From positions 1 through 48,755 of IMG/VR virus record IMGVR_UViG_3300017903_002468: a stretch of DNA of 48,755 nt; one strand, written 5' to 3'. The notes below the pieces were generated by a model. The model made no database searches and was not told the DNA's origin. It saw only the letters and a list, made by a program, of their open reading frames with translations. Made by a program: the position numbers and the translations under genes. Below are positions 48,678 to 48,755 of this stretch, one piece after another. This DNA is from a virus (Duplodnaviria; Caudoviricetes). How positions within the stretch are numbered: the first letter of the stretch is position 1; each line of letters opens with the position of its first letter.

Positions 48678-48755
48678 TCATCAGACCACAAGGTAAAGTA
48701 ACAGTAGTTGACGGAACCACAATTACTGGTGATCATTCTGTCGCAGTTGCAACCG
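48674..48755 (+). CDS. Start of a hypothetical protein, truncated by the window end (MIIRPQGKVTVVDGTTITGDHSVAVAT...)
   Basis: ATGA overlap with the gp16 stop, AGGAG at 48665-48669, open to the end of the window. Confidence 0.6.
   Translation, partial: MIIRPQGKVTVVDGTTITGDHSVAVAT

Noticed and set aside
42-48736. All minus-strand ORFs in the track (e.g. 8972-9439, 11647-12150, 26921-27370, 45480-45848)
   Set aside because: They lie antisense to well-supported genes, and I saw no promoters, RBS or recognisable products for them.

Overview
This window is the late (virion morphogenesis) region of a T4-like myovirus, almost certainly a marine cyanophage (Kyanoviridae-like). All supported genes are on the + strand, tightly packed and often translationally coupled. 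The order is: end of a 2OG-Fe(II) oxygenase-like gene, two small ORFs, baseplate gp25, gp6, a giant gp7-like protein, gp8, a DUF4815/VrlC-like giant, two very large fibre/structural proteins (1424 and 3358 aa), an accessory block of two polyglycine adhesin-like genes flanking four 2OG-Fe(II) oxygenases and a flavin-dependent halogenase, then gp13, gp14, gp15 and gp16. T4-type late promoters (TATAAATA/CTAAATA) sit in the short intergenic gaps. I saw no tRNA, CRISPR array, intron, intein or mobile element. The top observation is that the 3358-aa tail fibre carries two helical domains resembling phycobiliprotein subunits. Both keep the bilin-attachment motif KCxRD and a second Cys at a beta-155-like position, suggesting a possibly chromophorylated, light-responsive virion fibre. 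Other notable points are nested domain insertions in that fibre, a blue-copper-like His/Cys/His/Met site in the 1424-aa protein, a possible virion-protein modification cassette, and a terminator hairpin whose loop is a late promoter. All family calls come from motif recognition by eye; no searches were run.
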